Below, piece after piece: positions 1 through 9,723 of a stretch of DNA of 64,000 bases. Below the pieces are notes generated by a model. The model was not told the origin of the DNA. It worked only from the letters and a program-made list of their open reading frames with translations, and made no database searches. Numbering within the stretch: position 1 is the stretch's first letter; each line of letters begins with the position of its first letter. The DNA lies in assembly GCA_963668175.1 (NCBI GenBank), contig OY764159.1, positions 3,232,001 through 3,296,000 of the forward strand, in the 5' to 3' direction. The position numbers and the translations under genes are program-made. This DNA is from Syntrophales bacterium (GTDB lineage: Bacteria; Desulfobacterota; Syntrophia; Syntrophales; PHBD01).

Positions 1-2
1 CG

Positions 3-569
3 ACCTTCGGTCTCGCCATGGTCCTCAAGAACTTCTGCATGAACCGCTTTTCCCCGAACTTCCTCATCCTTTCGAATACCTGGCTCGGCGACAAGACGTT
101 CCAGATCGGCGGCCTGATCTTCCCGGTGCCGCAGCTTGCAGCCGCGGCCCTGTCGCTCATCGTCGTCGTCCTGGTCTATGCCCTCATGAATACGACCCGT
201 TTCGGCTGGGCCACCCAGGCCACGGCCCTGGACAAGGAGGCGGCGGAAATCGTCGGCATCAACACCGAGAACATCTATGTCCTGATTTTCGGGATCGGCG
301 GGGCCTGCGTCGGCGCGGCCGGGGGCATCATGCCCTCCTATCTTGCCGTGCACCCGGAAGTCGGCTCCCTGTTCGGGCTCATCGCCTTTATCTGCGTCGC
401 CATGGGCGGCTTCGGGTCCATCCCGGGGGCCTTCCTGGCGGGGCTTCTGGTCGGCGTCGTGGAGGCCCTGGCAGGCTTCTATATCGCTCCGGTCTTTAAG
501 TACATCGCCGTTTTCGGTCTCTATCTGGCCGTTGTCTTCCTGCGGCCGAAAGGCATTTTCGGATGGTGA
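3..569 (+). CDS. livH: Branched-chain amino acid ABC transporter permease (5'-truncated by window edge)
   Basis: Hydrophobic ORF open to the window start, with QATALDKEAAEIVGIN, GGFGSIPGA and C-terminal RPKGIFG motifs typical of LivH; first of four overlapping genes. Confidence 0.9.
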   Translation, partial: TFGLAMVLKNFCMNRFSPNFLILSNTWLGDKTFQIGGLIFPVPQLAAAALSLIVVVLVYALMNTTRFGWATQATALDKEAAEIVGINTENIYVLIFGIGGACVGAAGGIMPSYLAVHPEVGSLFGLIAFICVAMGGFGSIPGAFLAGLLVGVVEALAGFYIAPVFKYIAVFGLYLAVVFLRPKGIFGW

Positions 570-1597
570 CGCCGGTGCAGCATAAGACCTTGAACGGCAA
601 GGATATCGCCTGGATCGTCTTCCTGGCGGCGGCGGCATGCGTACCTCTGATTCCCGCCGTGGCCGACAACTCCTTCTGGATGCACATCCTGATTCTCATT
701 CTCCTTTACGCCAGCATGGGTCAGGCCTGGAACATCATCGGCGGCTACTGCGGCCAGGTGTCCTTCGGCCATTCGGTCTTCTTCGGCATCGGGGCCTACG
801 GCGCCGGCATGGCCGTTGTAACCTACGGCGGCGTGCCGTGGATCGGCATATTGATCGGTGTCTTACTCGCGGCGGCGGTCGCCGTCGTCATCAGTTACCC
901 CTGTTTCAAGCTTTCCGGGCACTACTTCGCCATCGCCACTTTCGCCATTGTGGAGATATTCTACCGGGTCTTCATGGTCTGGGACTGGGTCGGCGGCGCC
1001 CTGGGGCTCGATTACCCCCTCGTCGAGGAGGGATTCAAGAACCTCATGTGGCACAGTTCCAAAACGAATTACTATTACTGCGCCCTGGCCCTCTTTATCT
1101 TGATTTTCGGCGTAGTCCGGTGGCTTTCCGGACACCGTTTCGGCTACTACATGCGTGCCGTCCGGGAGGGACAGGAAACCGCCGAATCCCTCGGCGTCAA
1201 CAGCACGGCGGTGAAACTCTGGGCAATGGCCCTTTCCGCAGCGCTATCCGCCCTCTGCGGTGCGTTTTTCGTCCAGTACAACCTCCGGGTCGACCCGCCG
1301 ATGGTCATTTCCCTCGACGCGTCGATGAAGTTCGTCCTCATCACCATCATGGGCGGCGCGGGGACCCTGGCCGGTCCGCTTCTCGGCGCCGCGGTGCTCA
1401 TTCCGCTGCAGGAATACACCCGCGCCCTGTGGGGCGGCCTGGGCGGCGGCATCGACTTGATGATCTTCGGCTTCATCATCATGTTCATGATCATCAACCA
1501 GCCCGCCGGGATGATCGGCATTCTCAATGCCGTCCGGAAGAAATTCGGCAAGAAAACGGACCTTGCGAAAGGAGAAGCGATCGATGCCGCTCCTTGA
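563..1597 (+). CDS. livM: Branched-chain amino acid ABC transporter permease
   Basis: WNIIGGYCGQVSFGHSVFFGIGAY, GHYFAIAT, RAVREGQETAESLGVN and GGAGTLAGPLLGA motifs. Confidence 0.92.
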   Translation: MVTPVQHKTLNGKDIAWIVFLAAAACVPLIPAVADNSFWMHILILILLYASMGQAWNIIGGYCGQVSFGHSVFFGIGAYGAGMAVVTYGGVPWIGILIGVLLAAAVAVVISYPCFKLSGHYFAIATFAIVEIFYRVFMVWDWVGGALGLDYPLVEEGFKNLMWHSSKTNYYYCALALFILIFGVVRWLSGHRFGYYMRAVREGQETAESLGVNSTAVKLWAMALSAALSALCGAFFVQYNLRVDPPMVISLDASMKFVLITIMGGAGTLAGPLLGAAVLIPLQEYTRALWGGLGGGIDLMIFGFIIMFMIINQPAGMIGILNAVRKKFGKKTDLAKGEAIDAAP

Positions 1598-2342
1598 TGT
1601 CCGCGATTGCACGATGAAATTCGGGGAACTGGTCGCCTGCGACCGCGTGACGTTCTCCGTGGAGGCAGGTTCGATCGTGGGGCTGATCGGCCCCAACGGC
1701 GCAGGGAAGACGACCCTGTTCAACTGCATCTCCGGCCTCTACAAGCCGGCCGGCGGCAGCATCGTCTTCGACGGCGCGGACATCACGGGCCTCAAGCCCT
1801 ACGAGATCGCACGCCTGGGCGCCGTTCGCACCTTCCAGGTGGTCCGTCCCCTCAAGGACATGACCGTCTTCGACAACGTGCTGGTCGGCGCATTCCTCAA
1901 GACGACCGACAAGAAAGAGGCCCTCGCGAATACGGCCGAATGCCTCCGGCTCTGCAACCTGGAATCCAACCGGAACAAGCAGGCGGGCGAACTCTCCATC
2001 GGCGGAAAGAAACGCCTGGAAATGGCGAGAGCCCTCGCGACCCGTCCGAAGCTCCTCATGCTCGACGAGGTCATGGCGGGCATGACGTCCACCGAAGTGA
2101 AGGCATCCGTCGAGGTGATCCTCCGCCTCCGCGAGAGCGGCATCACCCTCATGATCGTGGAGCACGTCATGGAAGGGATCATGCCCATCGCCGACAAGAT
2201 CGTCGTCCTCGACGGCGGCGTCAAGATCGCCGAAGACGCCCCCGGCGCCATCAGCAACGACGAGCGGGTCATCGAGGCCTACCTGGGCGCGAAGTACTCC
2301 CAGCGCTTCAAGACCCGGAAGGAGGATCAATCACTTGCCTGA
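1584..2342 (+). CDS. livG: Branched-chain amino acid ABC transporter ATP-binding subunit
   Basis: Walker A GPNGAGKTT, LMLDE, VEH and C-terminal VIEAYLG. Start moved to ATG 1584, downstream of AAGGAG. Confidence 0.92.
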   Translation: MPLLDVRDCTMKFGELVACDRVTFSVEAGSIVGLIGPNGAGKTTLFNCISGLYKPAGGSIVFDGADITGLKPYEIARLGAVRTFQVVRPLKDMTVFDNVLVGAFLKTTDKKEALANTAECLRLCNLESNRNKQAGELSIGGKKRLEMARALATRPKLLMLDEVMAGMTSTEVKASVEVILRLRESGITLMIVEHVMEGIMPIADKIVVLDGGVKIAEDAPGAISNDERVIEAYLGAKYSQRFKTRKEDQSLA

Positions 2343-3051
2343 ACCTATCCTCACAGTCCGGGACCTTTATGCCGGTTACGATGGGATTCCCGTCGTTTTC
2401 GGCATCACCCTGCAGGTGGAGCCGGGCGAGCTGGTCGCCATCGTGGGTTCGAACGGCGCCGGGAAAACGACTACCATGCGGACCATCTGCGGCCTCAACC
2501 GCCCCCTGCAGGGAACGATCCGCTTCAACGGCGTCGATATCTCCAAAATGCCGGCCCACAAGACGCTGAAGCTCGGTATCAGCTACGTCCCCGAAGGCCG
2601 GAGGCTCTTCGCCAAGCTTTCGGTCGCGCAGAACCTTGCCCTGGGCGCCTATACGGAGAAATCAAAGGCCGAAATCGGACGCCGCCTGGATGAAATTCTC
2701 GAGATATTTCCGGTCCTCAGGGAAAGGGCGAAACAGACCGCCGAAACGCTGAGCGGCGGGGAGCAGCAGATGCTCGCCATCGCCCGCGGCCTCATGTCTC
2801 GCCCCAAGCTTCTCATGCTCGATGAAATGTCCCTGGGGCTCATGCCCAGCATGGTGGAGAAGATGATGGCCACGATCACCGACGTCAACCGGTCGGGGAC
2901 GACGGTTCTTCTCGTCGAACAGATGGTCCAGGAGGCCCTGGAGATCGCCCACCGCGGCTATGTGATCCAGAGCGGAAAGATCGTCCAGACGGGGACTGCC
3001 CGCGAACTGCTCGATTCGGACGAAGTCCGCAAGGCCTACATGGGGATGTAA
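2335..3051 (+). CDS. livF: Branched-chain amino acid ABC transporter ATP-binding subunit
   Basis: GSNGAGKTT, VPEGRRLF, LSGGEQQMLAIARGLM, VRKAYMG; TTG start after AGGAGG. Confidence 0.92.
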   Translation: MPEPILTVRDLYAGYDGIPVVFGITLQVEPGELVAIVGSNGAGKTTTMRTICGLNRPLQGTIRFNGVDISKMPAHKTLKLGISYVPEGRRLFAKLSVAQNLALGAYTEKSKAEIGRRLDEILEIFPVLRERAKQTAETLSGGEQQMLAIARGLMSRPKLLMLDEMSLGLMPSMVEKMMATITDVNRSGTTVLLVEQMVQEALEIAHRGYVIQSGKIVQTGTARELLDSDEVRKAYMGM

Positions 3052-3310
3052 AGGCGCCCCGGCATTCTTGCGTTCTTCAATGATAAGTCATCATGCCGCC
3101 TCACCCTTTTTCACAGTGGACAACCCGGTCGCCCGGCCCCTTGTCGCCGCCTCCCGAGTGTAGGTATTATCCCCGGTGTTTCGTTGTGAACGCTGCTTTC
3201 CCCTTTTACCCGGCATAAATATTGCTTATTTCATCGAATGGATGCAAGGCTCCCAACGGCGGCGCCGACGACGACAAAATCATGTATCTCATCGTTTAAA
3301 AAGGACTAAT

Positions 3311-4987
3311 ATGCTTCCAGGCTCCGACAACGGATCATCGACCTCCGATACGCCCCATCCCGACGGCCGAAGAGCGGGCGGATGGATCACCGTCCCGCAC
3401 AACATCGTTCTCATTGCCGCCGTGTTTTTCGTCTGTATTGTCGCCGCGGCGCTCATCATGAGTCACCGGGATTTCGAGACGGCAAGGCGGAATGCCCTGG
3501 ACGCCGACAGAACAACGGCCAATCTCTTGGCGGCCCTTCTTCACGAACACAATCAGGCAACACTGGGCATCCTCCAGTCCTATGCCAGGCGGCCCCTCTT
3601 CGTGGACGCCGTCCGGCGCCGCGATGTTCAAAGCGTATCCAGGCACCTGGCCGATCTCAAGAAGAACGCCGAAATCGACCTGACGTTCGTTACGGACCCG
3701 AAAGGCCGCCTCTGGGCAAACTTTCCGGTCTATCCGGAAGCCATCGGCAGGGACCTGTCGGGCCGCGACTGGTACAAAGGCGTAAGTTACCGCAGGTATC
3801 CTTACGTCTCCAACGTGTTCAAACTGATCGTCGGCGAACAGGCCTTGGCCGTCGCCATGGCCGTCCCCGTGTTCGACGGGGAAGAAAAGATCATAGGAAT
3901 TCTTGGCTGCTCGCAAAGGCTCAGTTTTCTGGAGCAGGCCATCAGGCAGGTGCCCATGGACCCCTATATGACCGTCAGCGTCATCGACCGTATGGGGCAA
4001 ACGCTGTATAACAGCAGGGAACCGCATCGGGGCGATATCAAGATTTACCCATCTTTCCCGCTCGTCGAATCCGTGCTTGAGGAAACAACGCACCAAATCG
4101 AAACCGACGCCCGCCGGCAGGGAGGGGAAAAAGAGTATATTACGGCCTTCCCCGTCGGCGACTGCGGCTGGACGGTCATCGGCGAACGCCCCTTAAGAAA
4201 TATTTACCGATCGGCCATGAGTCATTTCGTCGAGACGGGTATCATCTCCATCCTGCTGTTTCTCCTGATTGTCTTTTTCCTGAGTTACCTGAGACGGCTG
4301 TTCCTTCACAGGAAGACCAGGGAACTCCTGGAGACGGAGATGAAACTGAGGCAGACGGAGGAATCGGAACGGGAGACCAGGGAATACCTGGAAAAGCTGA
4401 TTGACACGGCCAGTGTTCCGATTGTCGTCTGGGACCCACGTTTCAGGATCACCCGCTTCAACCGCGCCTTCGAAGACCTGACGGGACGGCAGGCGCCGGA
4501 CGTCCTCGGGGAGGAGCTCGGCCTGCTCTTTCCCGAAGAGCGCCGGGAAGAGAACCTCGCGCTCACGCGCCTGACGGCCGGGGGCGGACGATGGGATGCC
4601 GTCGAAATACCGATCCTCCGCAAGGACGGCTCGGTGCGCACCGTGCTTTGGAATTCCGCCACCCTGTATGGCCCCGACGGCCATACGGCCCTGGCAACCA
4701 TCGCCCAAGGCCTCGACATCACGGACCGCAAGCATTACGAAAAGGCCATCGAGGAAGAAAAGGAAAGGCTGAAGCAAGCCCTGGACGAGGTCAGAACGCT
4801 CCGGGGCATCATACCCATTTGTTCGAACTGCAAGAAGATCCGGGACGACAAGGGATACTGGAACCAGGTGGAGCAGTACCTCATGGATCATACCGAGGCC
4901 GAGTTCAGCCATGGAATCTGTCCCGCATGTGCGGAAGCCCTTTATCCCGATCTATTCAATAAGAAAAAGACGGCCGATGGACATTGA
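3311..4987 (+). CDS. Membrane sensor: dCache-PAS protein with C-terminal Cys-rich (CxxC...CxxC) tail and no kinase domain
   Basis: Two TM segments flank a Cache-like region (DLSGRDWYKG), followed by a PAS/PAC domain and the tail ICSNCKKIRDDKGYWNQVEQY...SHGICPAC. Start at ATG 3311 after AAGGA. Confidence 0.8.
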   Translation: MLPGSDNGSSTSDTPHPDGRRAGGWITVPHNIVLIAAVFFVCIVAAALIMSHRDFETARRNALDADRTTANLLAALLHEHNQATLGILQSYARRPLFVDAVRRRDVQSVSRHLADLKKNAEIDLTFVTDPKGRLWANFPVYPEAIGRDLSGRDWYKGVSYRRYPYVSNVFKLIVGEQALAVAMAVPVFDGEEKIIGILGCSQRLSFLEQAIRQVPMDPYMTVSVIDRMGQTLYNSREPHRGDIKIYPSFPLVESVLEETTHQIETDARRQGGEKEYITAFPVGDCGWTVIGERPLRNIYRSAMSHFVETGIISILLFLLIVFFLSYLRRLFLHRKTRELLETEMKLRQTEESERETREYLEKLIDTASVPIVVWDPRFRITRFNRAFEDLTGRQAPDVLGEELGLLFPEERREENLALTRLTAGGGRWDAVEIPILRKDGSVRTVLWNSATLYGPDGHTALATIAQGLDITDRKHYEKAIEEEKERLKQALDEVRTLRGIIPICSNCKKIRDDKGYWNQVEQYLMDHTEAEFSHGICPACAEALYPDLFNKKKTADGH

Positions 4988-5130
4988 ATCCGTGAGGCGC
5001 GATCCTTCACCATCGCTGACCATTCGATCCATCCGCCGGGAACGACATGCCCGTTGGGCTATGTCATTAGGCCGTCACGGGATCGGTGCGCATGCGAAGG
5101 AGCGACTGCTCATAGAGGAAAGGGAAACGG

Positions 5131-8100
5131 ATGAAAGGTCATACTGAGAGCGAGGCGGATATCCGGAACGAGCTAGCCGCCTTGAAACAAGAAAACGAAG
5201 AACTGGAAAGGACGGCTGCCGAATGCCGTCTGCGGAATAAAATGCTGGAAGCCGAGGTTGCCGGATGGGGCAAGATATTCAACGCCGTGGGAAGCGCCGT
5301 CTGGCTGTTGGACAGAAACCATCGTATCGTGCAGGCGAACCGGGCGACGAAAGAGATATTCGGTCTGGCTCCTGAAGAGCTGATCGGCCGTTTCTGCCAT
5401 GAAGTGGTCCACTGCACGTCAGGTCCCCTGCCGGAGTGTCCCTGCAATTTCATGAGAGAGACCCTTCAAAGGGAAACGATGGAACTCGATCTGGGCGAAC
5501 GGCGCCTGGAGATCGTTGCGGATCCCATACTGGACGCGGAGGGTCGTCTCATGGGGATCGTCCATATCGTCAGCGACATTACCCGGCGCCGGGAGATGGT
5601 CGAAGCCATGCGGCAGAAAGAAGAGATGCTGTCGAGCATCTTCCGTGCCGCCCCGGCCGGCATCGGAATCGTCAAAGACAGGATATTCCAGGAAACCAAC
5701 GACAAACTCTCCCATATGACGGGTTACTCCCGTGAGGAAATTGTCGGCCGCAACACCCGTTTCATTTATGGCACGGACGAAGACTGCGAAGAGGTCGGCA
5801 GGGAGATACGCGAACAGATCGACACGAAGAACACCGCCACCATCGAGACGCGCTGGAGGACGAAAGACGGCAGGCAGATCGACATCATCCTTATGGTGAC
5901 GCCTCTCGATCCCAATGAGCCGCAGGGCAAGCATACTTTCACTGCCCTGGACGTCACGGAACTCAAGCGCGCGGAGGAAGCCGTACGGTCGGGAGAGGAG
6001 CGATACCGGGTCATCGCCGAAAACGCCAAGGTCGTGATCTGGATGATGGACATGGAGATGCGTTACACGTATGTGAGCCCTTCCGTCAGGCGCAACCTGG
6101 GTTATCTACCGGAAGAGTTCGTCACATTGCCCCTTCGTGAATTGATCCCCTCTCCTTCCCTGAGACTTTGCACGGAAATCTTCGAGCAGGAATTAGAGGA
6201 AGAAAGAAACCCCAACCGGGATTTGTTCCGTTCCCGGTCCATCGAGGCCGAACACATCCACAGGGACGGACGGACCATCCCGGTGGAAATCAACATGACC
6301 TACATCCGCGACACAGCCGGGAAAGCCGTCGGGATTCTCGGAATCACACGCGACATGACGGCCCAAAAGCAAGCCGCAGAAAAGCTTTACGCGAGCGAAC
6401 GGCGTTACCGCCAGCTCATCGACCAGGCAGCCGACGGCATCTTTGTCGTAAGTACCGCCGGCGATTATCTCCTGGTCAACCGGAAGTTCTGCGAGATGTC
6501 GGGGTACACGGAAGAAGAACTTCTCAAATTGAATGTAACCGCGACTTACCCCGACGAAATGAAAGATGTCGGCGAGCAGCGGGTCCGGCGCGTCACCGCC
6601 GGCGAAAGCATGCGGTTCGAGCGGCCCATGAAGCGGAAGGACGGAACGATATTCTTCGTGGAATTGAGCGTTTCGAGGCTGGAAGACGGAAGGCACCAGG
6701 GATTCGTTCACGACATCACCGAACGCAGGAAGACGGACAACGAACTGCGGCGCCTGAGCATCGCCATCGAACAGGCGGCGGAAGAGATCATGATCACCGA
6801 TCCGGAAGGCGTCATTCAATACGTCAACCCGGCCTTCGAACATATCACGGGATTCTCCCGCCGGGATGCCATTGGCCAGACCCCGCGGATATTGAAGAGC
6901 GGCGTCCACGATAAAACGTTCTATGAGCAGTTATGGAATACGATCAAGGGCGGCAATATATGGAAGGGCCGCATTAACAACAAGCGTCAGGACGGCAAGC
7001 TGATCCAGGAAGACGGCATCATCAGTCCCCTCGTCAATTCGCAGGGAGAATTGACGGGATACGTTTCCCTGAAGAGGGACATCACCGAGTCGGTCATTCT
7101 CGAGGCCCAGCTCCGCCAGGCCCAGAAGATGGAGGCCATCGGCACCCTTGCCGGCGGCATCGCCCACGATTTCAACAATATGCTCGGGGCCATGATGGGT
7201 TATGTCGAACTGGCAAGATACAGGACCGCGGACACGGCGATCCAGGCCTACCTGGAGCAGGTTCTCACCGCCTGCAACCGCGCCAGGGACCTGGTCGCCC
7301 AAATCCTCACCTTCAGCCGACAACGCGAGCAGGAGAAGAAACCGGTGGCGGTCGTACCCATCGTCAAAGAGGCGATGAAGCTCCTCCGGGCGTCCCTGCC
7401 GGCCACCATCGAAATCCGCCAGCATTACGAAATCGACAACGACACCACTTTGGCCGATCCCACACAGATCCATCAGGTGCTGATGAACCTGTGCACCAAT
7501 GCCGTTCACGCCATGAGGGATCACGAGGGTGTCCTGGAGATCGTTCTCTCCGAACAAATAATCTCCGCCGGCCCCGTAGTCTATCAGCAGGATATTCATC
7601 CGGGGCATTATTTAAAACTCTCCGTCTCAGATACGGGCGAAGGGATCGACCCCGCCATCCAGGAGAAGATTTTCGATCCGTTCTTCACGACCAAGAAACA
7701 GGGCGAGGGAACGGGATTGGGACTGTCCACCGTTTACGGTATCGTCAAGGACCATGGCGGCATCATCGAACTGGAAACCGCTCCGGGGTCCGGAACGACG
7801 TTTACGATCCTGCTGCCTCTGATCGACGCCGTCGGTCAGGGAGAAGACAGGACGCCGGAAGACATCCCGAGAGGCAGCGGGCGAATACTGCTCGCGGACG
7901 ATGAAGAGCCCATGGCCTCCCTGGGTGCGGAAATGCTCGCCTCGCTGGGCTACGACGTATCCGTGAGGCTTAGCAGCCGGGACGCCCTGGAGGCTTTCCG
8001 CAAACAGCCGGACAAATTCGATCTTGTCATAACGGACATGACCATGCCCAATATGACCGGCGTCGCGATGGCCAGGGAAATGCTGAAAATTCGGCCGGGC

Positions 8101-8247
8101 CTCCCGCTTATTCTGACGACGGGATTCAGCGAACGGATCAATGAGGAAGAGGCGAAACGGATCGGATTCAAGGCCTTTCTCATGAAACCTGTATCGTTTC
8201 CCATTCTGGCCAGAACCGTCAAGGACGTCCTGGGCGAAAAGGTATAA
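5131..8247 (+). CDS. Cytoplasmic multi-PAS hybrid histidine kinase (PAS x5-HisKA-HATPase-REC)
   Basis: Repeated PAS/PAC units ending DIT/DVT/DMT, H-box GGIAHDFNN, N-box NLCTNA, FFTTK/GTGLGL, receiver LVITDMTMP and KP. Confidence 0.93.
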   Translation: MKGHTESEADIRNELAALKQENEELERTAAECRLRNKMLEAEVAGWGKIFNAVGSAVWLLDRNHRIVQANRATKEIFGLAPEELIGRFCHEVVHCTSGPLPECPCNFMRETLQRETMELDLGERRLEIVADPILDAEGRLMGIVHIVSDITRRREMVEAMRQKEEMLSSIFRAAPAGIGIVKDRIFQETNDKLSHMTGYSREEIVGRNTRFIYGTDEDCEEVGREIREQIDTKNTATIETRWRTKDGRQIDIILMVTPLDPNEPQGKHTFTALDVTELKRAEEAVRSGEERYRVIAENAKVVIWMMDMEMRYTYVSPSVRRNLGYLPEEFVTLPLRELIPSPSLRLCTEIFEQELEEERNPNRDLFRSRSIEAEHIHRDGRTIPVEINMTYIRDTAGKAVGILGITRDMTAQKQAAEKLYASERRYRQLIDQAADGIFVVSTAGDYLLVNRKFCEMSGYTEEELLKLNVTATYPDEMKDVGEQRVRRVTAGESMRFERPMKRKDGTIFFVELSVSRLEDGRHQGFVHDITERRKTDNELRRLSIAIEQAAEEIMITDPEGVIQYVNPAFEHITGFSRRDAIGQTPRILKSGVHDKTFYEQLWNTIKGGNIWKGRINNKRQDGKLIQEDGIISPLVNSQGELTGYVSLKRDITESVILEAQLRQAQKMEAIGTLAGGIAHDFNNMLGAMMGYVELARYRTADTAIQAYLEQVLTACNRARDLVAQILTFSRQREQEKKPVAVVPIVKEAMKLLRASLPATIEIRQHYEIDNDTTLADPTQIHQVLMNLCTNAVHAMRDHEGVLEIVLSEQIISAGPVVYQQDIHPGHYLKLSVSDTGEGIDPAIQEKIFDPFFTTKKQGEGTGLGLSTVYGIVKDHGGIIELETAPGSGTTFTILLPLIDAVGQGEDRTPEDIPRGSGRILLADDEEPMASLGAEMLASLGYDVSVRLSSRDALEAFRKQPDKFDLVITDMTMPNMTGVAMAREMLKIRPGLPLILTTGFSERINEEEAKRIGFKAFLMKPVSFPILARTVKDVLGEKV

Positions 8248-8339
8248 CCGTAAATGACGCTCCCTTCCTCCTTGACCTGCCAACGCTTGTGTGAGACGAT
8301 GCCCCGCAGCGGAAACCGGAACGCTCCATCAAAAAAACC

Positions 8340-9227
8340 ATGCGGACAGACAGTGCCGACACGATGCTCCGGCGACCGAAAGAGCCTACAGACGAGGATC
8401 GGACGATGTTTGAAGTCGAACGATTAATCCGGATTATTGAAGAGATCGCCAAAGGGAACTACTCCAACGACATCATGCCCCTGACCACGGAGGACAATCC
8501 CGAGCCGGTCCGCATTGTCGCCGAAGCCATGGGAATGATGATGGTGAAGGTCGAAGCACGGGAATACGAACTCGAAAATATGGTGGAAAGACTCCGTGAA
8601 CTCAACGAACAGATAAGACAGAACACGATCAAGACCGTTTCGGCCATGGCCAATGCGCTCGCCGCGAGGGACGCCTATACGGAAGGTCACACGGCCCGCG
8701 TGGGGGAGATGGCCCACCGCATGGCGCTCAGGCTGGGGATGAGCGAAGAAGAAGCCGAATCGGTCCGGCTGGGAGGAATCCTCCACGACATAGGCAAGAT
8801 CGGCTTCTCCGATTTTCTCTTTCAGGCCCACGAAAGCCGGAACAACTCCCCCATGATCAGGGAGATCGTCCGTCATCCCGGCCTCGGTGCGGAAATCCTG
8901 AAAGACCTGGACTTTCTCGGTAATTCCCGTGAATATGTCCATTCCCACCATGAACGCCTCGACGGCAAAGGCTACCCCCGGAGACTCGCTGCCGAGGACA
9001 TCCCCCTGGGCGCCCGCATCCTGGCCGTAGCGGACAGCTACGACGCCATGACAACCGACAGGGTTTATCAGAAGGGACGTACGGCCGCTGTGGCACTCGG
9101 TCTCCTCCGGGAACACGCCGGCAAACGCTGGGATGTAACCTGCATCGATGCCCTTGAGGCTGAGCTTGAAGAAGCGGGCGTTCTTACCGCAAGGGACGAT
9201 AAAGTCGGCGATGCGGATGGGTCTTGA
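8340..9227 (+). CDS. HD-GYP domain cyclic di-nucleotide phosphodiesterase with N-terminal HAMP-like helices
   Basis: RDAYTEGH, LHDIGK, HHERLDGKGYP, AVADSYDAMTTDRVY. Alternative start ATG 8406. Confidence 0.88.
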   Translation: MRTDSADTMLRRPKEPTDEDRTMFEVERLIRIIEEIAKGNYSNDIMPLTTEDNPEPVRIVAEAMGMMMVKVEAREYELENMVERLRELNEQIRQNTIKTVSAMANALAARDAYTEGHTARVGEMAHRMALRLGMSEEEAESVRLGGILHDIGKIGFSDFLFQAHESRNNSPMIREIVRHPGLGAEILKDLDFLGNSREYVHSHHERLDGKGYPRRLAAEDIPLGARILAVADSYDAMTTDRVYQKGRTAAVALGLLREHAGKRWDVTCIDALEAELEEAGVLTARDDKVGDADGS

Positions 9228-9557
9228 CGAACGCCGATCCATTTGAGACATGACCGCGGACGTCGCGATTGCGACACGATCCCGCGCAGGTCGACCGGCG
9301 GATATCAGGGATGGTCTTTCCGTTTTCATCGTTTTATGCTCCGCGCCGTTTTCCTCACGTCCTGCGCCGTCACTTTTCCAACACCCGCGACAGCCTGCTT
9401 TCCGGCGAAATTCCAGCGGAAAATCGTGATCGGTAAGTCTATTTCAGAATGGATTTATTAGCTGATTCGTGTTATAAAATGGCTATGAATACCGCATGCG
9501 TCAAGATTTTCCGTAACCGAAAAGCCCGGCAAGAAGTCGGGATGGGTATGTAGATCG

Positions 9558-9594
9558 AAACCCCGTTTCTCTATCGAGAACGGGGTTTTTGTTT
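9558..9594 (+). terminator. Rho-independent terminator-like hairpin upstream of the sensor kinase
   Basis: AAACCCCGTTTCTC-tatc-GAGAACGGGGTTT (one bulge) followed by TTGTTT. Confidence 0.7.
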
Positions 9595-9723
9595 GCCGGC
9601 GGAGACATGACCGCGGGACATACCGCGTATATTTCCGGCCCCGGCCTGCAGGCAGGCCGGGCAGTGTTCCGAAGAGAAGAACACTTTCTCGACGAAACTC
9701 ATCGGACTCTCAACGAGGTGCAT

